A program made the position numbers and the translations under genes. Below the pieces are notes generated by a model. It ran no database searches. It was not told where the DNA came from and was given only the letters and a program-made list of their open reading frames with translations. From assembly GCA_030059665.1 (NCBI GenBank), contig JANVYR010000001.1:736001-800000 (forward strand): a stretch of DNA of 64,000 bases, in the 5' to 3' direction. Source of the DNA: Candidatus Calditenuis fumarioli (lineage in GTDB: Archaea > Thermoproteota > Nitrososphaeria_A > Caldarchaeales > Calditenuaceae). Within the stretch, counting starts at the first letter, position 1, and each line of letters opens with the position of its first letter. This document shows positions 38,650 through 47,799 of the stretch, one piece after another.

Positions 38650-40017
38650 TCAGCTCATCCGTTTGAACCGCCAGTCCGTGAAGAGCTCATAGGGCTTCAG
38701 GAGGATGTAGAGCGGCCCCAACTTCCTTCTGGCCTTCCACTGGAACCTCGCCTTCCACATCCCGTACCTGAGCTTCCTCAGCGAGAAATCGTGTCTGAAG
38801 AGGAGCCTGTGGTCGTAGCCGTGCAACGGTTTCTCCCATTCGAACGTCTCCATTCTATCTTTGACCTTCTCGTAAAGCCCCGTGCCAGGAAGAGGGTATG
38901 GGATAGTCATGCTGAAGTAATCGAGCGGTAGGCTTGACGCCAGCTTTATCGTCTTCAGCATCGTCTCATTAGTCTCTCCCGGGTATCCGAGTATGAAGAA
39001 CGCGCCAACCTCGAGTCCGGCCCGCTTCGCATAGGTGACCGCGGCCCTAGACTGGGCAACTGTTATCCTCTTGTTCATCAGGTTGCTCAGCACGTAATCG
39101 TCACCGGACTCCAACCCGAAGATCACCCTATAGCAGCCGGCCTCACGCATGGCCTTAGCGACCTCGGCGTCGAAGAGGTCGACCCTCGAGAGGCACTCCC
39201 ACCCCACGTCTATCCCCCTCTTACGTATCTCCTCGCAGAGCCTAAGGACGTGCTTCTTGTTGGCTATGAAGAGTTCGTCGGCGAACCAGATCCTCTCGTA
39301 TCCCCATTTGTACCTTATCTCCTCCATCTCCTCTGCTATCTTCTCGGGGGACCTGTACCTGTAGACCCTGCCGTAATCGGGCCGCCAGCAGAAGTCACAG
39401 GAGAATGGACATCCTCGGCTCGCTATCATGGACGTCATTGTGTATCCGAAGTTCCTCCTGTAGTAGGACTGGTAGAGGTGATGGTCGTATAGGTCCCTCG
39501 CGGGGAACGGAAGCGCATCGAGGTCACGCACGAGGGGCCTGGCGCCGGTGTGCTCCACCCTGCCTCCGTTCAGGTGGGACGCCAACCATACGCCCCTCAC
39601 CCTGTGGAACTTGGGCTCTGACCGACCGTCCATTGCGTCCATCAGCTCAGCGACAGTTATCTCTCCTTCCCCCTGAACTACTGCATCGAACGCGCCCAGG
39701 AACATCGACGGGTAGGCCGACGGCATCGGTCCGCCTGCTATGACCAGCTCGCTGACCTCCTTGGCCTCTGCAGCGAGCTCCTTCGCGGTCCTGACCATCG
39801 ACAGCATGCTGTAGATTCCGACCACGCGGGCCCGCTCCCTCCTGATCCTCTCCCTTACCTCCTCCCGACTGAGGAAGGTGCAGTCCAGTATCTTGACGTT
39901 ATAACCCCTCTCCCTGACGTACGAGGCGATGTAACCTATGCCGAGCGGAGGGAACTGCCAGTGCTTTGACCTGCCGTCGAAGAAATAGGGGAAGACCAGA
40001 AGGAGGTCCGTCGTCAT
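38650..40017 (-). CDS. B12-binding radical SAM protein (class B-like)
   Basis: PPLGIGYIAS, VIAGGPMPS, VVQGEGE, SRGCPFSCDFC, FADELF, FILGYPGET. Confidence 0.9.
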   Translation of the reverse strand: MTTDLLLVFPYFFDGRSKHWQFPPLGIGYIASYVRERGYNVKILDCTFLSREEVRERIRRERARVVGIYSMLSMVRTAKELAAEAKEVSELVIAGGPMPSAYPSMFLGAFDAVVQGEGEITVAELMDAMDGRSEPKFHRVRGVWLASHLNGGRVEHTGARPLVRDLDALPFPARDLYDHHLYQSYYRRNFGYTMTSMIASRGCPFSCDFCWRPDYGRVYRYRSPEKIAEEMEEIRYKWGYERIWFADELFIANKKHVLRLCEEIRKRGIDVGWECLSRVDLFDAEVAKAMREAGCYRVIFGLESGDDYVLSNLMNKRITVAQSRAAVTYAKRAGLEVGAFFILGYPGETNETMLKTIKLASSLPLDYFSMTIPYPLPGTGLYEKVKDRMETFEWEKPLHGYDHRLLFRHDFSLRKLRYGMWKARFQWKARRKLGPLYILLKPYELFTDWRFKRMS

Positions 40018-40081
40018 CCTGTGTGTGACCCACGTGATTAGCTTAAGCCTTGCAGTCCTACACAAGATCAGGAGTGAGCCT

Positions 40082-40897
40082 ATGAGCAGTAGAAGGACGT
40101 GGCAGGTAGGGCCCCTCACCGCGTACCTCCTGCCGAGGGCACCTCGGTCGACGGAGATCTCCGGAGTGGCTAGGGGGCTGGGGCTGATCCACGACGGAAG
40201 AGATCTGACTGGGGAGGGCATGGGCATAGGTGGCGTCGTCCTGAGGTTGGGGGGCGTGACGTATTTCCCGCTAACCACCAGGGACTCATTGTCGGATGAT
40301 GGCGCATCCAGGACCTTCGAGCTCAACGGAGTGGCTAGGAAGATGTTGGGGCCGCTCGACGTCACCGGCCCTCACCGATTCCTGAGGGAATCCCTTTCGC
40401 CACTGTACCTTAGAGGAGGGAGGGGGGCGCTCGCCTTCAGGGGTCTGATGAGGGTTAGGTCGCTGCTGATAAGGACAGAATACAGGTCTTCGGAGCGCGT
40501 CGAGGTGTGCGTCGTCTCCTACCGATTTAACGGGTGTTGCATCGAGATTAGGGTTTCAAGGGAAACCGGAAGGGGTAAACTGATAGTTGCAAACGAACTC
40601 TCGGGGACGCTCTTCGATTCCCTCGTGGTCGGCGGTTCTCGGATCGCGTTGGGCCCTTGGGTCAGATGTCCGTCAAGGACCCCTGCACTGCTATCGAGGA
40701 CCCTCGGGATATGCGTTCGCTTCGAGCTCCCGGAGGGCGCAGAGGCGTTCGCTGGTAGGGAGGTGCTTCCGCCGAGGCTGGATTGGGCTGGGGTCGACTT
40801 GATACTGGATGAGGGCGTGCTCGCGGTCACATACGCCGTGAGAATCTGCTCCGGTCCATCAACGCCAGCGCTGGAGTCATGCAGTAGAGCGACCTAG
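40082..40897 (+). CDS. Hypothetical protein
   Basis: Long host-like ORF divergent from the radical SAM gene; overlaps the convergent gene at its 3' end. Confidence 0.55.
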   Translation: MSSRRTWQVGPLTAYLLPRAPRSTEISGVARGLGLIHDGRDLTGEGMGIGGVVLRLGGVTYFPLTTRDSLSDDGASRTFELNGVARKMLGPLDVTGPHRFLRESLSPLYLRGGRGALAFRGLMRVRSLLIRTEYRSSERVEVCVVSYRFNGCCIEIRVSRETGRGKLIVANELSGTLFDSLVVGGSRIALGPWVRCPSRTPALLSRTLGICVRFELPEGAEAFAGREVLPPRLDWAGVDLILDEGVLAVTYAVRICSGPSTPALESCSRAT

Positions 40898-41468
40898 TCA
40901 CGGCGTTGAACGCGTAGCCTGTGGCGTCGCCTGACTCTGGCAGCTTGTAACCGGTCAAACCCCAGAGGGCGAACGCAAGCAGCGCAAGGGACACCGACGC
41001 GATTGCGAGCATAAAGCCGTCCCTCCTGATCCACGGTAGAAGCGCGCTGACATACCCCGCCTTCACCGCGGTCCAACCCAAGTTCGGCAGGAAATGTTCC
41101 ACCAGCGCCCTCCACCCATACGCCAGATAACCGATCGACACGAAGGTCAGCTCGTATAATTCCGAGATTGCAGCGATTGAGGCCCTTCCGATCAGCGCGC
41201 CGAGTAGAGCCCCCTTCAAGCCTCCAACCCTGCGCCATACCAGGAAGGCCGTTAGGACCATACCGAACAGGGACGAAGCTATAGTGAACGGGTAAACCGT
41301 GACTCCTCCGGCCGAGAAGACGAGGTTCCCAGCTGAGTCGGTTGAGGGGTTGGTGAGCGCAGATAGAGCCGTATGGTCGTACCAGGAGAAGACCGGGATG
41401 GAGCTCAGCAGGTACACGTAGTAGACCGTCCAGAGTCGCTTCGCGTCAATCTCCTTCACCGCTTCCAC
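40827..41468 (-). CDS. Hypothetical membrane protein
   Basis: About five or six TM segments; overlaps the GT2 stop. Confidence 0.6.
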   Translation of the reverse strand: MEAVKEIDAKRLWTVYYVYLLSSIPVFSWYDHTALSALTNPSTDSAGNLVFSAGGVTVYPFTIASSLFGMVLTAFLVWRRVGGLKGALLGALIGRASIAAISELYELTFVSIGYLAYGWRALVEHFLPNLGWTAVKAGYVSALLPWIRRDGFMLAIASVSLALLAFALWGLTGYKLPESGDATGYAFNAVTRSLYCMTPALALMDRSRFSRRM

Positions 41469-43383
41469 CCGATTCGTTCCTGACCTTGACGTAGAGCCGG
41501 ATCAGGACGACTAGGGCGGTCAACCAGATGGCAGAGAACAGGAGCGCCTGCGGGCTAACGAAGTAGAACGCAGCGGCCTCCATGACCTGGTCCTTGATCA
41601 ACTTGAGGCTGTCCTTTATCTGGTCCACACCCTGCTGGTACGTCGGAGATCCTCTCCCCTCGTAAGCCAAGGCCTTAGCCTCCTCGCGTAGCCGAGCCAG
41701 ATCCGATCTGATCAGCGAGAAATCCGTTCTAGGTGTGGGGAAGATCCAAACTGGGTTGCCCTCGGGCGGGATGAGCTCCAGGGCGCGCTCGATGTAGCTC
41801 ACCATCTCGTTGGCATCCGAGGTCGAGGCCCCTCTGACGAGGTAGGAGCTGGCTACGTCAAGCCTGTAATAGGTTTGGGAGTAGCCGTAAACAGAGGAGA
41901 TAAGGGCGATGGCAAGCATCGAGAAGATCGCCCATCTCAGAAGCCTCATTCTCAGGTTCCTTTCGGGCGCTTTCGACTTCGGAGCGTGGACCACTGACAA
42001 CACACCAGCGTAGAGAAGGGAGACGCCAGCGATGAACGTGTAGAGGACGTAACCGTGGAGGCCCCTGAGAAACGCGAAGAACGAAGTCGCCAGGGAAACT
42101 GTGCCCAGAGACAACTCCACGTAGGACTGCAGGTCCAACGGGAGGACGTATCTCTTTCGCCTCCAATCCCCTTCTCCGAACTTAGGCGTCCGCATGAACC
42201 CCCTCCTCAGACCGATGATGGCCTCGAGGACCGCGCGGGCGTTGTTGAGCGTCATGGAGGTCACGAAGATCACCATGTCAGGGAGTTCCTTCAGTCTCCT
42301 CAGGCCCAGGGACGTCGTTACGACGAAGCCGGTGATCAGCGCCCACGAAGCTGATGCCAAGATACCGCCTGAGGGAAGGCCTAGCAGCACGGCAAGCGGT
42401 GTCAACAGGAGCGCGACCAGGAAGAGGAGGTAGGGGATGTGCCTCGTCGCGTGAAGGAGGACCTGGAGCTTTGAAGCCAAGGGCATCCGGGAACGGATCA
42501 CGTTGAGGAGGTGAGCCTTTCCAACCTCAATAGCGCCGTATGCCCATCTGTACTGTTGCCTCTTCGCGGCCTCCATCTGTGGGGGCACCTCTCCGGGGCA
42601 AGACGGTTCGGCGAGGTAAACTATCCGCCAGCCTCGCATGTAGGCGCGCACGCTCAGCTCGAGGTCCTCGGCAAGGAATTGCCTCCAGCCGCCAGACTGC
42701 TCGATGCACTGCCTCCTCCACACGCCTGCTGTGCCGTTGAAGTTGAGGAAGAGACCAGCGCACGATCTGGCCCTCTGTTCGACCTCAAAGTGAAGGTCCA
42801 GGTTCAATGCTTGTCCCCTCGTAAGCGTGGAATCGTTGCGGTTCAGGTGATCCCATCTTACCTGTACAGCGCCCACGCGTTCATCGGCGAGCAGATAGGG
42901 CAGAACCCGCTTCAGGAAGTCTCTGGGAGGGACGAAGTCCGCGTCGAAAACCGCTATGAAGTCACCTCTCGTCACCTTCAAGGCCTCCTGCAGAGCGCCA
43001 GCCTTGAACCCCTTCCTAGAAGACCTCCTCATGTGAACGAACTCTATCCCCTTATCTGGGTTGGCCTGCAGGAACTCCTCGATGATCTCCGAGGTGTCGT
43101 CGGTCGAGTCGTCGATTACTACGACCTGGATCTTCTCTCGAGGGTAATCCAAGTTGATAATAGCGTCCAACAACCTCCTAACAACGTATCTCTCGTTGTA
43201 GACCGGGACGTGTATTGACACACAAGGCCAGTCGTTCGGCTCGATCTTCCGCGGTCTCCGACCTCCGGTGACGTAGGCCAGTAACGCCAGAACTACGTAG
43301 TTGGCTAACCAGATTGAGGAAATGAAACCCAAGGTTGCTATGAGTGTCTGTAGCGCCCAATTGACCCCCAAACCATCACGCAC
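41446..43383 (-). CDS. Processive GT2 family glycosyltransferase (cellulose-synthase-like) with C-terminal extracytoplasmic domain
   Basis: PVYNE, IDDSTD, GFKAGAL, FDADF, LAEDLEL, QQYRW (QxxRW). Confidence 0.9.
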   Translation of the reverse strand: MRDGLGVNWALQTLIATLGFISSIWLANYVVLALLAYVTGGRRPRKIEPNDWPCVSIHVPVYNERYVVRRLLDAIINLDYPREKIQVVVIDDSTDDTSEIIEEFLQANPDKGIEFVHMRRSSRKGFKAGALQEALKVTRGDFIAVFDADFVPPRDFLKRVLPYLLADERVGAVQVRWDHLNRNDSTLTRGQALNLDLHFEVEQRARSCAGLFLNFNGTAGVWRRQCIEQSGGWRQFLAEDLELSVRAYMRGWRIVYLAEPSCPGEVPPQMEAAKRQQYRWAYGAIEVGKAHLLNVIRSRMPLASKLQVLLHATRHIPYLLFLVALLLTPLAVLLGLPSGGILASASWALITGFVVTTSLGLRRLKELPDMVIFVTSMTLNNARAVLEAIIGLRRGFMRTPKFGEGDWRRKRYVLPLDLQSYVELSLGTVSLATSFFAFLRGLHGYVLYTFIAGVSLLYAGVLSVVHAPKSKAPERNLRMRLLRWAIFSMLAIALISSVYGYSQTYYRLDVASSYLVRGASTSDANEMVSYIERALELIPPEGNPVWIFPTPRTDFSLIRSDLARLREEAKALAYEGRGSPTYQQGVDQIKDSLKLIKDQVMEAAAFYFVSPQALLFSAIWLTALVVLIRLYVKVRNESGGSGEGD

Positions 43384-43447
43384 GCCCTCGAATCGAATTT
43401 AAAGCTGCAGGGACGGTTCGTATGCCCTGTTCCAGAATCCACCCATG

Positions 43448-44386
43448 TCACTTGCACGTCAGGCCGAGCGCTCTGCTCACCTCGGTCAACGCGGACCGCG
43501 GGTCAGGTCCTATGGGCAGCCCTATGCAGACGTGATCCACGCCAGCCTTCGAGATCTCGCGACAACCCTCCGCGAAGTCCTCCGCCGGCCCGAAGAAGGC
43601 GAAGTTGCCGATCAGGTCCTCCAGGCGTTTGTCGGGGCGATCCCAGCTCACGTACCTCAGCTCGTCAGGACCCACACCGGCGAAGGAGAGCATCGGCGAC
43701 CGCCCCACCAGCTCCCAAAGGTACTTCCGCAGCACAGGCCCGAGGAACTCCAGCGCCCTCCTCCTGTCGTCGCATATGCAACAGAAAGGCCTCGCGATGA
43801 CTTCGAACCCTTCCCTTTCCCTGCCAGCCTCCGAGAGCGACCGGCGTATAACGTCCACCAGGAAGCGAGCGTAATCCGTGTTCCAGAGGCCGTCCACGAC
43901 GACGCCCTTCACGAAGGGCAGCTTACAGACCTCGGAGATCAGCCTCGGGCCTGAGGTGCCCACCAGGATCGCGGGCGTCCTGCGAGTCCACCAGTCCAGG
44001 CACGGTCCGGTCCTGCAGCACAGCAGATCCGCAAGCGTTCTGAGGTAGCCCACGAAGTCCCTGACCTTCGGCCTGCCAGTGCCCATCGTCTCGCTGAACG
44101 CTCCCCTCGATACCCCGATCAGGGCCCTCTCGCCTGCGAACTCCGCGAGAGACTGAACGAGTCGGGCCAACGTGAAGGGATCGTAGGCGAAGGACGGTAC
44201 GGTCACCGGCCCAACGGCCACCCTCCTCGTCCTAGACGCTATCAGGAACGCCAGCGGCCACGCGGGCCTGTTGATCATGTGCTCGTATATCTGGACCGAG
44301 TGGAAGCCGCAGTTTTCCGCGCGGACCGCGAGATCGAGGAGCTCGTCGTATCTCTTGGAACATTCCAGCGCAACGCTGAACAGCAC
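43448..44386 (-). CDS. LLM-class flavin/F420-dependent oxidoreductase (Mer-like)
   Basis: AENCGFHSVQIYEH, P..LARLVQSL, GTSGPRL, C.EISKAGVDHV. Confidence 0.75.
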   Translation of the reverse strand: MLFSVALECSKRYDELLDLAVRAENCGFHSVQIYEHMINRPAWPLAFLIASRTRRVAVGPVTVPSFAYDPFTLARLVQSLAEFAGERALIGVSRGAFSETMGTGRPKVRDFVGYLRTLADLLCCRTGPCLDWWTRRTPAILVGTSGPRLISEVCKLPFVKGVVVDGLWNTDYARFLVDVIRRSLSEAGREREGFEVIARPFCCICDDRRRALEFLGPVLRKYLWELVGRSPMLSFAGVGPDELRYVSWDRPDKRLEDLIGNFAFFGPAEDFAEGCREISKAGVDHVCIGLPIGPDPRSALTEVSRALGLTCK

Positions 44387-44442
44387 GTCGCTCGTCCTCC
44401 ATGCACTCGCTTAACCGTTCACGTCACATCAGATTGAGGTTT

Positions 44443-44964
44443 TCAAAGGGCTCGGAGGTGGTTCTCGATGTTCTCAGCGAGCATCCTTGCGACCGACCGC
44501 GGGTCGAAGGGCCAGGCGTAGACCACCTTCTTCGGGGAGATCTTCTCCCTGTAACGCTCGATCACCGACGGTATCTCCTCCTCGGCGTGCTCGCCACCGC
44601 GTGTGGTCATCGTCGTCACAACCACTATCACGTCGACGTCGCTCCTCGAAGCCTCATCAAGCACCTCCTCCAGCGTAGGCGCGCAGAACTCGTTGAAGGC
44701 CACCCAGACCTCGTCGTATCTTCCGATCCGCTTCAGCTCCTCCGAAAGCACCCTCAGCGAGTGCGCGTACGGGTCGTTCGCATCGTTGCGGGGCCAGCTC
44801 ATGATGGTTTTCTCGAGGGACCTCAGCCTCTCTTCCTCCTCAGCTGACCTGCTGGCCTTGAACTTCAGGCTCAGGTACTCTCCCTTCATTTTGGGTGGGA
44901 GGTCCTTCGGCAGCTGACCGTGACCTACGAGGATCACGCCGACCTTGGGTCTGTTCTCCCTCAC
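44443..44964 (-). CDS. Short CbiX/SirB-type class II tetrapyrrole chelatase
   Basis: ILVGHG, VAFNEFCAPTLEE, GGEHAEEEIP. Has its own TATA (TTTATA on the minus strand near 44990). Confidence 0.8.
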   Translation of the reverse strand: MRENRPKVGVILVGHGQLPKDLPPKMKGEYLSLKFKASRSAEEEERLRSLEKTIMSWPRNDANDPYAHSLRVLSEELKRIGRYDEVWVAFNEFCAPTLEEVLDEASRSDVDVIVVVTTMTTRGGEHAEEEIPSVIERYREKISPKKVVYAWPFDPRSVARMLAENIENHLRAL

Positions 44965-45102
44965 GGCTCGAACCCGTTCACGCAGCCTATAAATCGGAAC
45001 GGACGTTCACTTCCATGAAGATCCCGCACGTCCAGGTCGCGAGGTCACTGAGCATCGAACGAAGCTCGAGGCCCAGATCAAGAGCGATCACGAGAGCGCT
45101 TC

Positions 45103-46287
45103 TCACGGTCGAACCGGTCTCTCGTCCAACGGATCGTAGACGCAGGAGGGATCGGATTCCAGAGGATCCCCTGTGAAGGAGAAGGCTCTGGCCCTAGATC
45201 CGCCGCAGACGAGCCTGTACTCGCAGAGACCGCACCTCCCCTTGAACCTCCCCTCCCTCATCGCCAGCAGGAGCGGATGCTCCCGGTAGATCCCGACGAT
45301 GGATTGCGTCTTGACGTTTCCGAGTCGGACAGGCAGGAATCCGGACGGGTAGACGTCGCCGTTGTACGCCACGAATATCACTCCGTTGCCGTCACGCGTG
45401 GGGATGAAGGCGCTATCGGCTTCTTGCACGGGAGGCCCGAGGAGCTCGTTGAGTTCCGCCTGCAGGCGATCGAGGAGGGCCTCACCCTCACCGACAGGCC
45501 TCACCCACGAGCCCAGCTTGACCCGCCTGAAGAAGGGAGCCTCCACGGTCCTGACCTGCAACCCCCTCCTCGAGACCTCGAGCAGGAACCGCATGACGAC
45601 CTCGTACTCCCATGGTCTTATGTCGAGCTCGGCCACAGCCCTCCCCGTGACCACAAGGAAGAAGACCTCCCAGACGGTGACTCCGAGCCTCCTGAGCAAG
45701 CGTGCGATCCTCGGCAGCTCCAGAACGTTCCTCCTCCAGACCACCGTGTTGACCTGGACCCGGAGCCCCTCTTCCAGCGCCTCCCTGATCGCCTTAACCG
45801 TTGACTCGAAGGACCCGTTGACCATCCTCATGTAGTCGTGGGTCTCTGGACCAGCGCCGTCGAGGCTGACGGACATCATCTTCACTCCTGACGCCTTCAG
45901 GCGTCTCATCACCTCCCGGGTGAGGTGCGGCGAGACGGCCGGCGAGACAGCTACCGGCACGGACAGTTCGTTCGCTTTCTCGATGAGGTCGAAGAGGTCC
46001 CTCCTCTGGAGCGGGTCACCGCCAGTCAGCACCAGCAGCGGCTTGGGATCTCCGAAGCTCGCGACCTCCTCGATCAGCCTGAACCCCTCTTCCGTCGTGA
46101 GCTCTCCCGGAAGGGGGTTGGGTATGGCCATGGCCCTGCAGTGCCTGCAGGCCAGAGGACAGGCCTTAGTAGTCTCCCAGAAGACCAGTAACGGTGACCT
46201 CTTGAACCTCTCCAGCCAGGCGCCGAGCTTCTCGTCGAGGTAAGGTGGTCTTCCGCTGATCCCCTCAACGGAGTAGGTGCCCACCAC
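45103..46287 (-). CDS. Radical SAM/SPASM protein, AhbD/NirJ-like
   Basis: WETTKACPLACRHCRA, TGGDPL, SPASM CGLCEYRLVCGGSRARA...DPSC; inside the hem operon. Confidence 0.8.
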   Translation of the reverse strand: MVGTYSVEGISGRPPYLDEKLGAWLERFKRSPLLVFWETTKACPLACRHCRAMAIPNPLPGELTTEEGFRLIEEVASFGDPKPLLVLTGGDPLQRRDLFDLIEKANELSVPVAVSPAVSPHLTREVMRRLKASGVKMMSVSLDGAGPETHDYMRMVNGSFESTVKAIREALEEGLRVQVNTVVWRRNVLELPRIARLLRRLGVTVWEVFFLVVTGRAVAELDIRPWEYEVVMRFLLEVSRRGLQVRTVEAPFFRRVKLGSWVRPVGEGEALLDRLQAELNELLGPPVQEADSAFIPTRDGNGVIFVAYNGDVYPSGFLPVRLGNVKTQSIVGIYREHPLLLAMREGRFKGRCGLCEYRLVCGGSRARAFSFTGDPLESDPSCVYDPLDERPVRP

Positions 46288-46293
46288 TGCGCA

Positions 46294-46776
46294 TCACCCG
46301 AACCTCAGCGCGGTTCCTAAGACCGCGAGGGCGATGGACAGGACCACGGTCGCCCACCCTACGATCACGATCCTCCTCCTGAGGGCACGAGCACCGTTTG
46401 AGTTCGCTATCCTTGCGATTGAGGCCCCCAGGGACGAATGGTACTCGACCAGGATCAGGACAGCGGTACCCAGCATCACCTTGAGCAGTACGAGGACTAC
46501 GGGCCTGTACTCGAAGGCAAACGCGAGGAGCGCTGAGAGGAACCCCCTTTGCATCGCGAGGAGAGCGCCGCTGACTATAGCAAGGTAGAGGGAGGTCCTG
46601 GTCAGAGGTCTGAGCCTTCTGCCCATCTCAGAGGATATGGCGATCGACGCAGGGCTGCCGACGAACCGTCTGACGACTCTCACGGCCAGCGAGAGCGAGA
46701 TGATCGAACCTATCCAGATGGATGCGGCGACCACGTGAACTGCCTTGATGAGCATTAGCGTGAGCAGCTCATCCAT
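46294..46776 (-). CDS. Four-TM CopD/HemJ-like membrane protein
   Basis: LIKAVHVVAASIWIGS first-helix motif; a second His in VEYHSS; lies between hemE and the radical SAM gene. Confidence 0.6.
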   Translation of the reverse strand: MDELLTLMLIKAVHVVAASIWIGSIISLSLAVRVVRRFVGSPASIAISSEMGRRLRPLTRTSLYLAIVSGALLAMQRGFLSALLAFAFEYRPVVLVLLKVMLGTAVLILVEYHSSLGASIARIANSNGARALRRRIVIVGWATVVLSIALAVLGTALRFG

Positions 46777-46779
46777 CTC

Positions 46780-47793
46780 TCACGCACCCCACTTCTTCAC
46801 GAACTCCACGAGCGCTCGGAGCGCATCGACCGGTGTGAGGGGATGAACGCCGTGCCCCAGACTGAAGACGTGCCCCCTCCTGCCCTCGGTCGAGACGAGG
46901 ATCCTCGTGGCCTCCTCCAGCACTAGGTGCTGGTCGCAGAGCAGCAGCGAGGGGTCGAGGTTTCCCTGGATGCCTACTGAACGGCCGATCTCAAGCCAGG
47001 CCTTCCTGATGTCAACCGTCCAGTCCACAGCGATGACGTCCGCACCCGTCGTCCCGAGGGACTTCAGCTGATGCGCTGGGAAGCGAACGCAGTATATCAC
47101 AGGCACGTTGAGGCTTTTCGCCCGGAGGACGAGGGACCTGCTGTACTGCAGCACGTGCTTCCGGAACTGTTCGTCGCTGAGGGTGTAAGCGAGGGTGTCG
47201 AAGAGGGCCACGGCCCTGGCACCTGCACGGACCTGCTCCTCGACGTAGATCCCCAGCAACTCCACCAGCGATTCCATGAGCCTCTCCCATTCGGGGCCCC
47301 TCCTCATGAGCGCCCTAACCCGAGCGGCGTCCCTCTCCTTCCCTCCCAACAGGTAGACAGAAGCAGTGTACGGTGCACCCGCGAAGCCTATGATGGGGAC
47401 CGAGTCGGAAAGGATCTTCCTCGAAAGCGACACGGTCTCGTAAACGTAGTGGACCGAGTTCGCCTCGAACCTCCCCAGAAGTCCCAGCAGCTCGGGCAGA
47501 TCGGGGACGTTGGCCAGAAACGGCCCGGAGCCGTCGTAAACCGCCCTCAGACCGGCTCCCTCGAAGGGCGTGAGGAGGTCCGCGAAGACTATGGCGGCGT
47601 CGACTCCCAGAACGCGGACCGGAAGGGCGGTGAGCTCAGCGGAGGACTCGACGTCCCTGAAGAGCTCGTCGAGCGGCCTACCCCGCCTTATCTGCTCGTA
47701 CTGTGGAAGGTACCTTCCGGCCTGTCTCATGAACCAGACGGGCCTCCTCTCGGTCTCCTCCAGCCTGCAGGCCCTAAGGAGCAGGTCGTTCAT
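46780..47793 (-). CDS. hemE: Uroporphyrinogen decarboxylase
   Basis: PVWFMRQAGRYLPQY, FADLL, GFAGAPYT, QGNLDP, LGHGV. Confidence 0.95.
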   Translation of the reverse strand: MNDLLLRACRLEETERRPVWFMRQAGRYLPQYEQIRRGRPLDELFRDVESSAELTALPVRVLGVDAAIVFADLLTPFEGAGLRAVYDGSGPFLANVPDLPELLGLLGRFEANSVHYVYETVSLSRKILSDSVPIIGFAGAPYTASVYLLGGKERDAARVRALMRRGPEWERLMESLVELLGIYVEEQVRAGARAVALFDTLAYTLSDEQFRKHVLQYSRSLVLRAKSLNVPVIYCVRFPAHQLKSLGTTGADVIAVDWTVDIRKAWLEIGRSVGIQGNLDPSLLLCDQHLVLEEATRILVSTEGRRGHVFSLGHGVHPLTPVDALRALVEFVKKWGA

Positions 47794-47799
47794 CGCACC

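Noticed and set aside
38405-38650. 81-aa ORF coupled to the radical SAM stop, with a TIR-like RLFISYHY start
   Set aside because: Similarity is limited to a few residues, and the remainder is not TIR-like and too short.
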